DNA of 64,000 nt, from positions 620,001 to 684,000 of the forward strand of contig NW_026250410.1 of the NCBI RefSeq assembly GCF_024521635.1. The letters run 5' to 3'. The notes below the pieces were generated by a model. It saw only the letters and a list, made by a program, of their open reading frames with translations. It was not told where the DNA came from and made no database searches. Both the position numbers and the translations under genes were made by a program. Of the stretch, positions 1 through 12,782 are shown in pieces. The number at the start of each line of letters is the position of its first letter. Positions within the stretch are counted from its first letter, which is position 1. Source of the DNA: Tricharina praecox. Lineage: Eukaryota.

Positions 1-261
1 TCCGGTCGCCCCGTAGCCCGTCGCCGGTGCCCGGTCGAGGAAGAACCAGAACCAGAACAGAACCCCACACAGAGACCGGGTTAGGAAGCTCCGCCGTGAG
101 CTGTGAGGTTAGGTGAGCCTGGCGAGGTTCGGAGGTGAGCAGTAAGGTGGGTGCTAGTCATAGTAGAGGAGTTACCGATCTAAACGGATCTGCCGCCGGT
201 TAATAACTTTTCGCACGGTGCACGGTCGATTACCACTGGTGCGGTACGCGGGCGCGGGCGC

Positions 262-290
262 GGGGGGGGGGGGGGGGGGGGGGGGGGGGG
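262..290. repeat. G homopolymer (29 nt), followed by ~3 copies of a 12-bp GGTGCCATGGTG-like unit
   Basis: Read directly from sequence. Confidence 0.9.
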
Positions 291-1740
291 TGCTATGGTG
301 GGTGCCATGGTGGGTGCCATGGTGGGTGTCGGTGCTATTATCTCTCATGTATGTAGAGCACATACCGTACATACCATACTTACCGTACATACCGTACTCT
401 ACATACCTGGTCCACATACATACATACATACATGCCTGGTAGGGCTGATGGTTAGGGTTCCAGCAGGTGTATTCCCTCTTCGTTCACCTCACCGCACCGC
501 ACCTCACCTCACCTCAGCAGAGGAAAATGCCAACCACTCCACCGGGCCCGGCGCAGCCCTAGGTGCTGTGCTCGTGGGCGTTTGGCCCCCACCCCCACAT
601 AAGACAGTGAGTGCGCACAGTTCTAGCTTCAGTTATACTTCCCGTTCATCTGTCTGTCCAGGTTTGTAGTTGGTTAGTACATCACGCACATTTGCCAGCT
701 CGCCTCCAAGCTCCCGCCGCCTTGGGTTGGTCAGTTTTCTGCCTTCGGTGTCGGTTCCGGTTTCGTCATCGTCATCCGCGTCATCCGCGCCAGCAAACAC
801 ACGCTCGCACTCGCCTCGAGTATCGAGTCTCGAGTTTTGCTCCGGTGCCGTGCGGACGTGCGGGCGGACATCTTCCTCCATCCATGCTGTGCAGTAAAGG
901 CCGGGCGGACGGGTACTGTAGGTCCGTAGGGGGTCGGCCACGGTCTGCTGTGATGTTGTCTCTCTATCTCTCTCTCTCGCACACATATCTCCATCAATGA
1001 GTCACCCCGTCGACTGCCCCACTGCCCCACTGCCCCACTGCCCCACTGCTCCATAGGTAGAGCAGATCCCTTTCCGCACCCAATAGATACCGAACATCTC
1101 CCACCCTCCCACCCTCCCACCCTACACACCTACCTACATCAACGATACGCTTCGATCTCCAGCTCGCCAGCCAGCAGCCAGCCAGCCAGCACACCACTCC
1201 TCCGTATCGCCGTAACTATCCCCGATCCAAGCCAGGGGTTTCTAGTTTCTTTGCTTTGTTTCTAGAACGTGTTAGAGATAGAGTAGCCACCTACCTAGGC
1301 TAGGAGGCTACTAGCAGGAGGCAGGTACACGTAGAGATGTCTTTCCCTCCCTCCCTCCCACTCCCTCCCACTCCCTCCCACTCCCACTCCCTTCCGCGCG
1401 CCGGGAAAGGACGGGAGGAGGGGGGAAGGGGGAGGGGAGAGGGGGGAGGGAGGGGGGAGGGGGTGGTATGTCATAATTCATAACTTCCCACGTGGCAGCA
1501 TGCTTTCGCTCGTATGTACCGTATGCACAGCACGGCCAAAAAGCACAACAGGGCCAAAAAGCACGGCCAAAAAGCAAAAGCAAAGCATCCGTCAATCAGT
1601 CAGCACCATCATCATCAAGTTCGGAGGAAAGCGGAGGGCTTCACTGGGGGTTTCACTGGGAGGTGGGATGTTGTCGTCCCCGCCGCCGTCCCCGCCGCCG
1701 TCCCCGTCGGCGGCCGTGTCGTATCTGGCATCTGGGTTCG

Positions 1741-1968
1741 TTCGCTGGTTCACTCGTTCGCTCGCTGGTTCACTCGTTCGCTCGCTGGTTCACTCGTTCG
1801 CTCGCTGGTTCACTCGTTCGCTCGCTGGTTCACTCGTTCGCTCGCTGGTTCACTCGTTCGCTCGCTGGTTCACTCGTTCGCTCGCTGGTTCACTCGTTCG
1901 CTCGCTGGTTCACTCGTTCGCTCGCTGGTTCACTCGTTCGCTCGCTGGTTCACTCGTTCGCTCGCTGG
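1741..1968. repeat. Minisatellite, 20-bp unit CTCGCTGGTTCACTCGTTCG, 11 copies plus a partial copy
   Basis: Read directly; near-perfect head-to-tail copies with no spacers. Confidence 0.97.
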
Positions 1969-2003
1969 CTGGCCCGTTCGCCCGTCCGTCGATGTCGCCG
2001 ACA

Positions 2004-2080
2004 CACAAACCACAAACCACAAACCACAAACCACAAACCACAAACCACAAACCACAAACCACAAACCACAAACCACAAAC
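2004..2080. repeat. (CACAAAC)11 tandem repeat; a short related copy lies at ~2647-2665
   Basis: Read directly. Confidence 0.95.
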
Positions 2081-5000
2081 ATCTCCGACATACATAGCAT
2101 ATTTTCCATATTACTTTGCCTTGCTTTTTCTTTTCTTTTTATGTTGTTTTTTATGCCACGTGCGTCTGGCAGGTAGGCAGGCAGGTAGGCAGGCAGAGTT
2201 GTATGTACGGTATGTAGAGTGGAGTGGAGTGGAGATTAGATCTAGGCGGAAAGTCGATGTTGGCGGTGGGTGGGCGGTGGGCACACACCTACCCCTCCAC
2301 TCCACCCCTCCACTCCACTAAAAACGATAGATAGATAGAGTGACTACATAATCTACTCTACTCTAGAGTAGATAGCATCGGTGTCACCAGCCAGCCCAGC
2401 CCAAACTGGCAATCTTCAGGATCGGGGGTGGCGAGCAAGCCTCGCTCCCGCGCACGCTCGCGCATCGGGGAGGGGTCAGTGGTCAATGGACTGGTGGGCG
2501 GTGGCGGCTACGAGAGCCGCACCGCCAATCACTCAGCAATCATCGAACGCTGTCTTTGCAAAAACCCTTGCCCAATCCGATTTCGATCGATCTGAATCTA
2601 ATGATCGCGATCTGCTCCTCCCAGCATCCCCCACCCCACCCACCCACCACAAACCACAAACCACAACACAACGCAGAAAATGCGGTGCGCTGCCCACCAA
2701 CTAATTGGCAATCGATACTCATATCTGTCAGTAATACCACTCCTCGCCACCCCCGGTATGCATCCCCCGTTGTCGTCGTCGTCGTTTGTCGTTTGTTTTT
2801 TTTTTCTTTCTTCTTTTCCGATTTGGTTGACAACGCTCGTATTATTTTTTCCGTTTTTTTTTTCATTCCGCAAAGACCACGTATGATGGATGAATGTAAG
2901 GTACGGTACGGTAAGTTACTGTGCCACTGAGACAGGAACTTGCGAAGGGAGAAAAAAAAGGACAGCTCTCTCGGTGCTCCGTTTGCACAAGCAATAAATA
3001 TTCTCTCTGTTGGCCTGGTGGTGGTGGTGGTGCATCTTCTGGAGTATGAGGTAGTGATGTTATGTTATGTTATGTTTCGCCCAAAGGTTGCCTTCCCCCC
3101 CGTTCAGTCGGTCGGTCAGGTGAGTGAGCTGAGCGGGTTTGTGTCCGTCACCGTCACCGTCGTCAATTCCTCCGATTCCGAAGGAGCTCGAACATGCACT
3201 GCCCATCACATCAATCCATTCATTCATTCCATTCCAGTGTCGGCTATCTCCTTGCGAAATGAATGTAGGTAGCTTACAGACAGCTCGCAGCGGGGCGGGG
3301 CGGGGCTCTGCTTTCCACCCGAGCTCACCCCATTCCAATCCAATTCTCTCCTCCCCACCGACCCTCCGTCAATGACAAGATGCCACATATTCGAGTCGCG
3401 GCGGCAGCAGCAGCGACGGCTGCTGTCAGGAGGAGCAAAGGAAAAAAACGGGTTTCATGTCTGCTTACTCTCTCTCCCTCTCTCTCCCTCTCGACGTGGC
3501 ACAGATAGGTAGTTATTCCATGACGGAATCTTCCAGGAGGAGGAGGACGAGAAGGAATCCGTTTCCTCGTGTCGCGAGTGTGCGCAACAGATAGAGCTGC
3601 GATAGTGAGTGAGAGCGGGCGATTCGGGAGGTGGTGAAGCAGGATGACAGGAGATGGGTGCCAAATGATGTAACGTGTTGAGGGAGCCACATGCTCCTTG
3701 TCTTTGCTGCGGGTGACCGTCAGTCTCGATCGGTTCAGCTCCCTGTCACCCCTCCAGTGGTTTTTTGATACGCGGAGGGCGACAACGAAGAGTCGTCTTT
3801 TCGCGAAGTTGATCAATCGTATGGTTCGAGCAAACCTGAGCTTGTCAACCAAGGGAGGAGGGTGTGCAGAAGGAGAAGAAGTAGGAGGAGGAGTAGGAGG
3901 AGAAAGAGGAGGAAGAAGAGGATGATGAGAAGGATGATGAGAAGGAGGAGGTGAGGAACACTTCTTTGTCGCTGTCCGTCCCGTATCTAATAGTTGTACA
4001 CATCAACCAATCAACGGGATTCGTAGAAAGTGAAAAATGGATGCTGCTTTCGACTCTTTGTTCCTGAGAAGAAGAGTCGTGTTTCTCTCCCTCCCTCGGA
4101 ACCGTCTCCGAATCAGAGCTCCTAGCCCATCCCCCTTTCACCACATGATGCCTTCTCCCGTAGAAAGGGAAAAAGATAGGTAAAACAATCGCCGAACCGG
4201 CATATACCTTCCACGACACGGAACGACGGCAACGACGGCGACGACGAACAGCACCTCCACCTCGACCTCCACCACCCGTGACCCATGAGATATCCGGCCA
4301 CTGTTTTGGCGGCAAAAAAAAGGGTACGAAAGAGATATCACAAATATATCGCAATATCTTTGGATGAGCGGTGGGACATGGCCCTTTGTGGTGTCACCAC
4401 AATTTCGTTCCGGTCCGGCTCATCGTCAGCGTCATCTGAAGCGGCATGGAGCACGCTTTGTCCGCATTGCTGTCTGCTCGCAGATCGGTGGGAAGTCCGT
4501 CGCTCCGTAACGGGATGCTGGTTGCGGTAGTGGAGGTTTTGGTGGTGGTTGTGGGTGGTTGTGGTGGTTGTAGTAGTGGTTGTAGTAGGTAGGCGCGACG
4601 GCAGTAGTTCTCTTTCAGTTCATGTTCGGCGAAGAGGCAACGGACAGCGCGAGGAGGGAACGCTAGAGCACTTAGCCCGGCTCGTCTCGTCTCTTCTCGT
4701 CTACTGCACAAGGACGAGAAGCCAGTTTTCCGTGCAACCGTAGAGCACACAGCAGCCCTGGGATAATGCAGGGTCCATTCCCTTCAGAGAGCCGGAGTGT
4801 CTGCACGCGGGCTGGGATACATCTCGAAAAAAAACATCATGTTGTGTTCAGAGATCGAGGACCCGGATCACCGCCCCGAGAATGGGACAAAGAGCCGGTG
4901 GGGCAATTCGGTCGGTGGTTACTTCGTCGTTGCTACTGCTGTGTTTAACTATGCCGCAGTGGAGCGGACTGGAACGACGCACAGCCTCTTTTCTTGGCAG

Positions 5001-6428
5001 CTGCGGGGGAGGAAGAGGAGGTGTGATGCAAACCGTGTAGCCTTTGATGCCAGAGTGCCGCTCCGAATTCTTCAGTTGCCTACAGCGAGGCAGCTCGAGT
5101 AGAGTATCCAGGCCTCGAAGATGATCCACGCAGACGGTCTCGCCCAGGAACACAGAGATCCATCATCCCAAACGCATCCATGTGATTGGCTGTGCTGGCA
5201 ACTGGATTCGATACTCAGGTAGCCACTGGGCACGGCTCGCATTGGGGTATCTGGTACAAATCTGGGCTGTTGCGAGCGATCCACTGGATCGAGTGCTCGA
5301 GTGCTCGAGTAACCCCCGTGCGCCCAACCCTTTATTCATCGAGTATCATCATGGCATGCCATCGCCTTACCATATGTTCGAAGCCGATAGGTGCTTGGGG
5401 GCCGTGCGTTAAGCGACCGGCCATCCATTCAAGGCGCTTCCTCTATGGGGACAGAAGTGACGGCTTCGTCGGCCGCCGTGGGCGGTGAAAATTAAATGCC
5501 CCAAAAAGCCCGACGGACGTCCCAGGAACGAAATGAACGAATGGAGAGTGTGGCTAGTCATTCCTGTCGAAACTAATGCCATCGCGGCCAGCGGGATCCC
5601 AAGGTGTTGTTCTTGTCCGTTTTATTCTTTCTTCGATGGTGTTGATGATTATGATGCTGATGATGATGATGATGCTGCTGATGATGATGGGTTGAAATCT
5701 TTTAATATCATCCTGTAGCGTAGTTTCCGTGGGGATCCCATTTCTGCTTTTCCGAGAGCGACACGCACAACTCTCGAGCAATCTACTTGCGAGCAGACCA
5801 GTAGTTATCAGCATCGAGAGACCTGCGCCAATGCAGGCACACCCCTCCTCTCCCCCACGTCACTCACTCACATACCGCCAAACGCACAGAAGAAAAGGCG
5901 GTATGCAGAGGAAGAGTGGGATCGCTGGGACTGCGAAGCTGGGGAATTGTGTATCTGGATAGGCAAGCACCTGCTTGTGTGTGAACGGCCAGAGCTGTGG
6001 GCAAGTGGGGGTTAGGCCCTTCGCGGGCCACGACGGACGGTGACGACGAACCGAATCATTGGCCCCACCTGTGGAATCAGTGGGAGAGGAAGGCGATGAC
6101 GGGTTGGGCCCAATCGCTGGTTTTTTCTTCTCGTCGATATTGCACGTCCCATCCACGTATGAAGTACGTACCTCGATAGATTGTGCTCTAAGCGGAGGGG
6201 CGAGCTGGCGTGGAAGCACAGACGATTGCTGGTGTCCTAACCCCTCCAAGGATTGCTCCTGCCGCCAGAGCTGCGGCGTGTTGGCGGGTTGTCGAATCGC
6301 ATGCGAGCTTGCACGTTCGTTAACGGTTCGCATACTTAGAGGTAATTGCTTTTTGTCTCGGTCCCCACGTCGCTGCATTGCATGCCATAATTGCTTTTTC
6401 GAGGGCGGTGATCGCTGCATTCGTTGGG

Positions 6429-6499
6429 GGAAGAAAAAAAAGAAAAGAAAAGAAAAGAAAAGAAAAGAAAAAGAAAAAAAGAAAAAGCGAGAAAAAAAA
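6429..6499. repeat. (GAAAA)n purine-rich microsatellite
   Basis: Read directly. Confidence 0.9.
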
Positions 6500-7423
6500 T
6501 GTCTTCCGATATCAGGTCTGAAAAATGGCCATTGCGATGGCCTACAGCGGCAGAGGCAGTAACCACCTGGGCCCAAGTTTTCTGCCCCGAGACTTCCACA
6601 GTCCACTGGGCAGTACCTGCACTTGCATGACACGATCGCCCCGAAAACACACACACACTACCCGTCAGTTTTTTCTCTTCTTGTGCCAGAGCCAGAGCCC
6701 ATTCCGCACGTCCACTCACAGCACACGGATACCGCCAGGGCCGTCAGACAACAAGCCATCTTCAACGCGGTGCTGGATGGCTGGCTCGACGCTGGATGGA
6801 TGGATGGATGGATGATGGAGCACAGAGCGGACAACGAGGTGTGCGAAGTGTGTTCGCCGCGCCCGCGCCCGTGCACCTCGAATCAGTCGGTGGCCACATT
6901 TCATGAACGAGATGTCAATATGTCACCGCCGGTAGGCTGCTTGCATGAACGCTGGTCAACCATTGGTACCGTAGGATGTTGCAATTCGAAAGTCACCCAC
7001 CCTCGCTGGCGTAGTGCGTGCGAATGTCTGTATGTGGGGAGTGCCTGCCTGTGCCCGTAAATCATTTCCCAAGGAGAAAAGCATCGGACTGCTCTCGCGC
7101 ACCCCGGCAACGCACAGTCTGGACGAACGAACGGCCTCGACCACCGCTACGAGTGTGGTGGCTGGCAGCTGGCAGTCAACCGACTTACCGAGTACCGCTT
7201 CTCCCATTCTCGTTATCGTTAGTGTGCTCTGCATCGTTGTTTTGGGATACGGTGCTGGTGGTTTTGCTGTTCTGCTTTCTGCCTCTGCCTCATTGCGAAC
7301 CGTTGGTCAAATCGACGCCGGCACGCTCGCTGTCATTTCGGTGCTGGGGTCTGTCCGTATTTATCCCATCCACCTGTCAGGCGATTCCAGACATATATCT
7401 GGATGAACGGCACAACCTCTCCA

Positions 7424-7520
7424 GGAAGAAGAAGTAGAAGAAGAAGAAGAAGCAGCAGAAGCAGCAGAAGCAGCAGAAGCAGTAGCAGCAGACGCAGACG
7501 CCAGACGCCAGACGACGCCG
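7424..7520. repeat. Compound (GAA)n/(GCAGAAGCA)n/(CAGACGC)n microsatellite
   Basis: Read directly. Confidence 0.8.
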
Positions 7521-9540
7521 AGGAAACACTCCATCATTTCGGCTTCCAACCCAAGACACGCTTCCGTCGCGCAAGCTCTCGACTCAGGTAGGAGCTTACT
7601 CAAAGCCTGCGTCTTCTCGATTGAACCCTGAACGATTATGTCAAAGCTGTCAACAGCCCTCCTTCCAATCTTCGACCCGTACATCAGCATCTACTAAAGG
7701 ATTTCCACTTCGAACTTCAACCGGCCAACATACCGTCAAGCAGCTCTCAAAACGACACTTTCAATTCTCCTCCTCCGACCCAGGAAGGTAACAGACTAGA
7801 TTTCCGATATATTCGCGTAACTTCCCACCTCGACCGTCCAGCTGTGACCAGAAAAGTTAACACTGCAAGGTTAGAAAGTCGATATCATAGAAATCAACAC
7901 TCCCGTCATCGTCGAGTTTTCCGAAGTCTAAACACTTCAAGGTTCGACACCCAACGTCAACAGTCTCGAATCGCAGGGACCGTGTGTCCTCTGCCTGTGG
8001 ACTTTTCTGGCTAACCTTTCTCCCTGCAATCCAGATTCCAGACACCCAGTAGCTCGGAATAGACGCCTAGCCATCTTTGCCGACAAACTATCCATCAGGC
8101 CACACCGTAACAGCTTCCACCGGGTCCTGGAATATTCCTTCCATCGATCCTCTGCTAGACAAAGGTTATCGATTGCGCTAGCGATCGGGTCCATTCGTCC
8201 AGTTTTCGGACGGACGGGGTGGAGCGTGCGTGCGTGGATAGGCAGACACTGGAAACGGTGCCCCACGAGCAGTTCTCCGGTAGAGCTCTCTGTAGCAGCA
8301 TTCTCGGTGCCTCTTCTAGCTGGTGAGTTGTTTGTCTGTCCCCCCCCCTCCCCCCCGCTGGTAGGCATTGTCTACATACCACCCGGCCAGCATGTGCACT
8401 TTCTGTCATTGTTGTTCCCTCGTGTATAGTTTCGTGTTCTGACTCGGCTGCCTGTTTGCGAAATTCAGACCGAGCCTCTTTGAATGTGACGCGGCATTCG
8501 GACACGACACACGTACTTTAGCAGCGTTTTCGCGATTCCCAGAGACTTTGGGACCGCGCCGGTTGATCAGTCGTGGTTGTCGAATATCTTCGTCGACCAG
8601 TAGTGCCGCAGCAAGCAGCCAGCCAGTTGTCGAAAGCCTAACAGCAGAACGTCTCCGCGAAGGGTCCTAGATTCTCTTCCAATCGCTTGTTGTGCTCGTT
8701 CGTTCGTGTCAATTCCAGACCATCGGAGGCGACGAGTGGAGAAATCTCGACATCACCACGCAAGAGACGTCAGCAGATAGCGAACAGCCCAACACACTTC
8801 GGGGAGATCGACTCTTCCTACATCCCTCACCCTTGACCCCTCTCCCAGCCCAACTAGGCTAGACGCGCGCATAGCGAGTGATCCAAGACGTAATCATCGC
8901 ACTCCGATATTTCCCAAGCAGCCTCGAGTGCCCGACACGACCTGGCTGGCCGTGGCAGCTCTTATAATAAATACTTCCAGGGACCGCAGTGTTTTCCAAA
9001 GCAAGAGGAACAGACATATCGGAGCTGAAGCCTGAGCCTGAGCATAGGATACTTGCTTTTCACGTGTAAGTGGACATTCCCCATTGCTTTGCTTTCCGGC
9101 TGGAGCAGCACACAGTCCGTTTGTTTGTCTGTGTTGCTTCTGGATCCATGCTCTCCACTCTCTCTCTCTCTCTTTTATCGTCCTGTTTTTGTTCTGCTGC
9201 CCTGCCTGGCGCTGTTTCGTGGTGGGCCGTGATGCCCACGCCAGTTATCCCCGCGATGCCGACACGGGATAGCTCTTTATCACCGTCTATGGATTCATTC
9301 ATTCATTCCATTGACTGGATCAATGACTTACCCTTTACGGCTGTGATTCATTCACATATTCACTCATTCAATCTCCAACACATCATGCCCAACTCACCCT
9401 CTCCCCCCTCCCCACTTCTCTCGCTTCACTTAGACATATATCCTGTATTACTACATATGCGCCTATACTAACTTGAATCCAGCTACCACACTCCAGTTGG
9501 CTGTCATCGCCCGCCTTCACATAGCTCCTCTCCTCCTCCA

Positions 9541-9561
9541 CCCCCCCCCCCCCCCCCCCCC
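9541..9561. repeat. C homopolymer (21 nt) in the proximal upstream region of the WOPR gene
   Basis: Read directly. Confidence 0.9.
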
Positions 9562-10052
9562 AAGCTATCCATATCCATCTCTGCAGAGTTCAGTCGCCTG
9601 CTATATCAAAAAACCTTCTTCCATCGCTCCAACAAAAGTGAAAAACATACTTTTTTAGTCTCAAATCCAGATTCCCGACACGACTGCCAGATCTCAGTAT
9701 AAAGTCCTCGAGCCAGAATAACCTCCTCGAGTTTCATCTCTGTCGACTTTCACACTCTCCCTTCTGCTCCGTGCACTCTGCTGCCTCCCCAACATACCTA
9801 CTAGGTTCGTTTCCGGTTCTCTGTGCTGTCCTCTTTGCTTTTGGCCCATGCAGAACAGCACGTTGTCTATCTGAGTGCGATTGTCAGCGGAAAAACCATC
9901 TCATATTTATGCTCGTACCCTGCTAACTCACCCGTTTAAAGACGCCGTTTCTAGTTTTCCCTTCGGAACGAACGAGCATCTCGGGGATCTTTGTTTCAGC
10001 GTCACGGCCGTGCATCACCAGAGTTTCCTCGGAACTCTAATTCTCCCCCATC

Positions 10053-11426
10053 ATGTCGGGTGTCACTCCATCTTTCCACGGCATCGTGCTCAACAGCAGG
10101 GATGCCCTCCTACTATTCACGGACGCTATTCAGGGCCATATTCCTATGATCACCCGTCGTCCTCACGACAAGGAACGTGCCTCCTCAATCACGTCGGGAA
10201 ATATCTTCATCTACTGCGAACATGGCTCGTCAATCAAGCGGTGGACCGATGGAGTCACCTGGAGTCCCAGCAGGATCATGGGCAACTTTCTTATCTACCG
10301 CGAGCTCAACAAAGGATTTCCCCCCGGCGAAAAGAAAAGGGCCGCGAAGAAGAAGCAACACCCAGATGACGGCAGTGAGAGCCCTCACGAGCAGACGGAG
10401 GAAGATCTGCTTCCGCCTGTGAATATCAGCAAGGATGAAGAGCGAATGCTCATCGGTTCCCTTATCGATTCCTACGACTTCAAGAGGGAAGGGTTAGTGA
10501 AGAAGACGATTAGCGTCAAGTACCAGGATCAGGTGTACCATCTCGTCTCCTATTACACCCTGCGCCATGCTATGAGCGACCTCATGAGTAGGCAGCCTTC
10601 GAGGATGCCTGAGTTCGCCACCACGCAGCTCATCGATGAACTTGTCAACGGTCAGAATTTCCGTGTTGCTGTTGACGTAAACGGAACGGATATTGCCAGC
10701 AACAACAACAATACTCCTCCGCCTTCGACTGGCTCTCCGGGTCCATCCTCCCACCGGTACCACGACGAGGATCCCTACTCCCATGGACACCATCAGACTT
10801 ACATGTCGAGTTCAGGCCCCAGCGGGTACAATTCGCCTCCCGTGCTCAACCGATACGATTATCAAAGAGAGACGCTGTCTTACGAGACCTCCAGCACTTC
10901 TATTCGCAACTGTTCCGGCTACGGCTCAAACGGAAGGAACGACGACATAAGCCTTTATTCGCCGTCCATTCGGGACAACATCCCGCGGTCGCAGATGGCA
11001 TACCAACCCCCTCAAGAATACCCTGGATACCCACAGGATAGCAGCGCGCGCTCATTTTCCATCGGTTCTGGTATGCATGGTGATTCCCATGCAATGGAAG
11101 GCAACCCGCACCCCGGAATGCCACAGGGCCGCTCCCAGTCGTACAGTGCCGGCGCACACTACAGTGGAATGACCGACCCGTCGTCCTATGTGAACGGCCC
11201 TCCTCCGATACCACTGTTGGCGTCGAGAAGCAGCTTCACCATGCAGCAGCATCCCTTGGCGGCCGGTTCTGTTTCTCCTGAGAAGAACAACGGTTCTCAT
11301 GGAAGCTACCTCCCTTCTCCACGTCAGCAGCCTTCCACACCGGAGCACCCCGAAGATCAAAGGCCTGGCCTGGGCTACCAAATTGGAGAAGACCCCGTGA
11401 CATTCAGTCAACCCAACTGGTCGTAG
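10053..11426 (+). CDS. RYP1: Gti1/Pac2 (WOPR) family transcription factor, Gti1/Wor1/Ryp1/Sge1 type; 457 aa, intronless CDS
   Basis: WOPRa motif RRPHDKER..SGNIFIY..IKRWTDGVTWSPSRIMGNFLIYREL; FPPGEKKRA; WOPRb motif GSLIDSYDFK..GLVKKTISV..YHLVSYY; low-complexity C-terminus. Family is certain, exact orthology is not. Confidence 0.92.
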   Translation: MSGVTPSFHGIVLNSRDALLLFTDAIQGHIPMITRRPHDKERASSITSGNIFIYCEHGSSIKRWTDGVTWSPSRIMGNFLIYRELNKGFPPGEKKRAAKKKQHPDDGSESPHEQTEEDLLPPVNISKDEERMLIGSLIDSYDFKREGLVKKTISVKYQDQVYHLVSYYTLRHAMSDLMSRQPSRMPEFATTQLIDELVNGQNFRVAVDVNGTDIASNNNNTPPPSTGSPGPSSHRYHDEDPYSHGHHQTYMSSSGPSGYNSPPVLNRYDYQRETLSYETSSTSIRNCSGYGSNGRNDDISLYSPSIRDNIPRSQMAYQPPQEYPGYPQDSSARSFSIGSGMHGDSHAMEGNPHPGMPQGRSQSYSAGAHYSGMTDPSSYVNGPPPIPLLASRSSFTMQQHPLAAGSVSPEKNNGSHGSYLPSPRQQPSTPEHPEDQRPGLGYQIGEDPVTFSQPNWS

Positions 11427-12782
11427 TCGCCAACTTGACGACCAAATAATTGTGGCGTCGGATTCGGGTTTCCTTTTTTGAGCAATGTTACTTTGAGCGG
11501 CTCTATTGAACAGTTGCATGAGTATGGATATGGCGGTTGGAGTTGCATTGAGTCAATAGCCGGGCAGATTTTCCGGTATGAGAGTAATGGTACACAGAGC
11601 CGTGTTGTCGGACGAGCGCTGGTTGCATACCGGCTGGTTCTGGATCCATTCCGACCTGCATTCTCTGGAACTTTTCACTAGGCGTCGGGGGTTTCTTGTT
11701 TTTTTTCTTTCTTTCTTTTCTCTCTCTCTCTCTAAATTCTCCCCTCTCCCCCCTTCTCCCTCCCCATCTTGTGGAACCGTCCATGCTGTTCCGGGGTAAC
11801 CAATGTCTTTTCATATTGTTTCTCTTTGCAAAAGGCGTGCCGCGTTGACTGGCTTTTGGCTTTTGGCTTTTCCACCGACTTTCTTGTGTGATTCTCTCTC
11901 TATTATTTTGGACCTTTTTTTTCGTTTTCTTCTGGGCTGTTTGGTTGTTAAATGGCTTTGATAGACTTGGGGGGAACTTGTGCATACAGAACTGTTTTGT
12001 CTGTTGTTTTGATTCTTTTTTATTATTCTCTTTTCTTGAGCACACACTTGTAATGTACCTAGGGCAGGTTAGCGTAGTGATATGGCCTTTCTGTCATAAG
12101 TTCGAGTTCATAAATGTTTGTTCGAATACATTGTTCGTCATGCCGGTGGAGATCTACTATATATCGCTACGTGACATCCGTGATTGTCTGCTGTCAATAC
12201 CCCTCTGCCCGCGGTTATCAAGCGCGCCAGCCGACGGGGGTGATGGAAGGAAAAGGATCTCGACATTAATCGCGATTAAGCGTCCAGCAACCTCCCTTGA
12301 CATGATGTATGTAACGACGTCCGGCCGGGCCGGGCCGCTCCCTCAGCGATCATACTCTGCATATTCACTGTAGGTAATGCCTTGGACAGAAATCTGAAAC
12401 CACCTGTAGTTATGGGGTGCAGGCCGGAAAAAGAAGCCGGCTGAAATGGAAGACGCGAGGCAGGGAAATCACCACCACCACCACCACCACCGCCACTGAC
12501 TTGTGCCGCAGACCCTTGTCGTGGATGAAATGTTTGGTAGCGAGGGTTATTTAAATTTTTTGCGAGCATGCGCGGCACTCTACGATTATAACTAAAGCAA
12601 GGAAAATTATAGCTTATTCTGACGTCAATCGGTTCGCGCGTGCCTTCCCTTCTGTACTGTACTAGGTATAACCAAGTACTCGTACCTTCACCTTCACCTT
12701 CCCGGACGATAACGGACGACAACAACGGACGACAACAACAGACGATAACGGAAAACGGAAAACGGGACAACGGTAGTTAGCG

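Noticed and set aside
450..459. GGTTAGGGTT (minus strand AACCCTAACC) as a telomerase RNA template
   Set aside because: A single 10-nt match with no recognisable pseudoknot or CR4/5 context; expected by chance
1741..1968. CRISPR-like array; long ORFs 1492-2321 in three frames
   Set aside because: Repeats are contiguous with no unique spacers, there are no cas genes and the context is eukaryotic; the ORFs are by-products of stop-free repeats
7361..8900. Minus-strand short ORFs as a spliced gene
   Set aside because: Could not assemble consistent exons and no family motif was recognised; blastx would be needed
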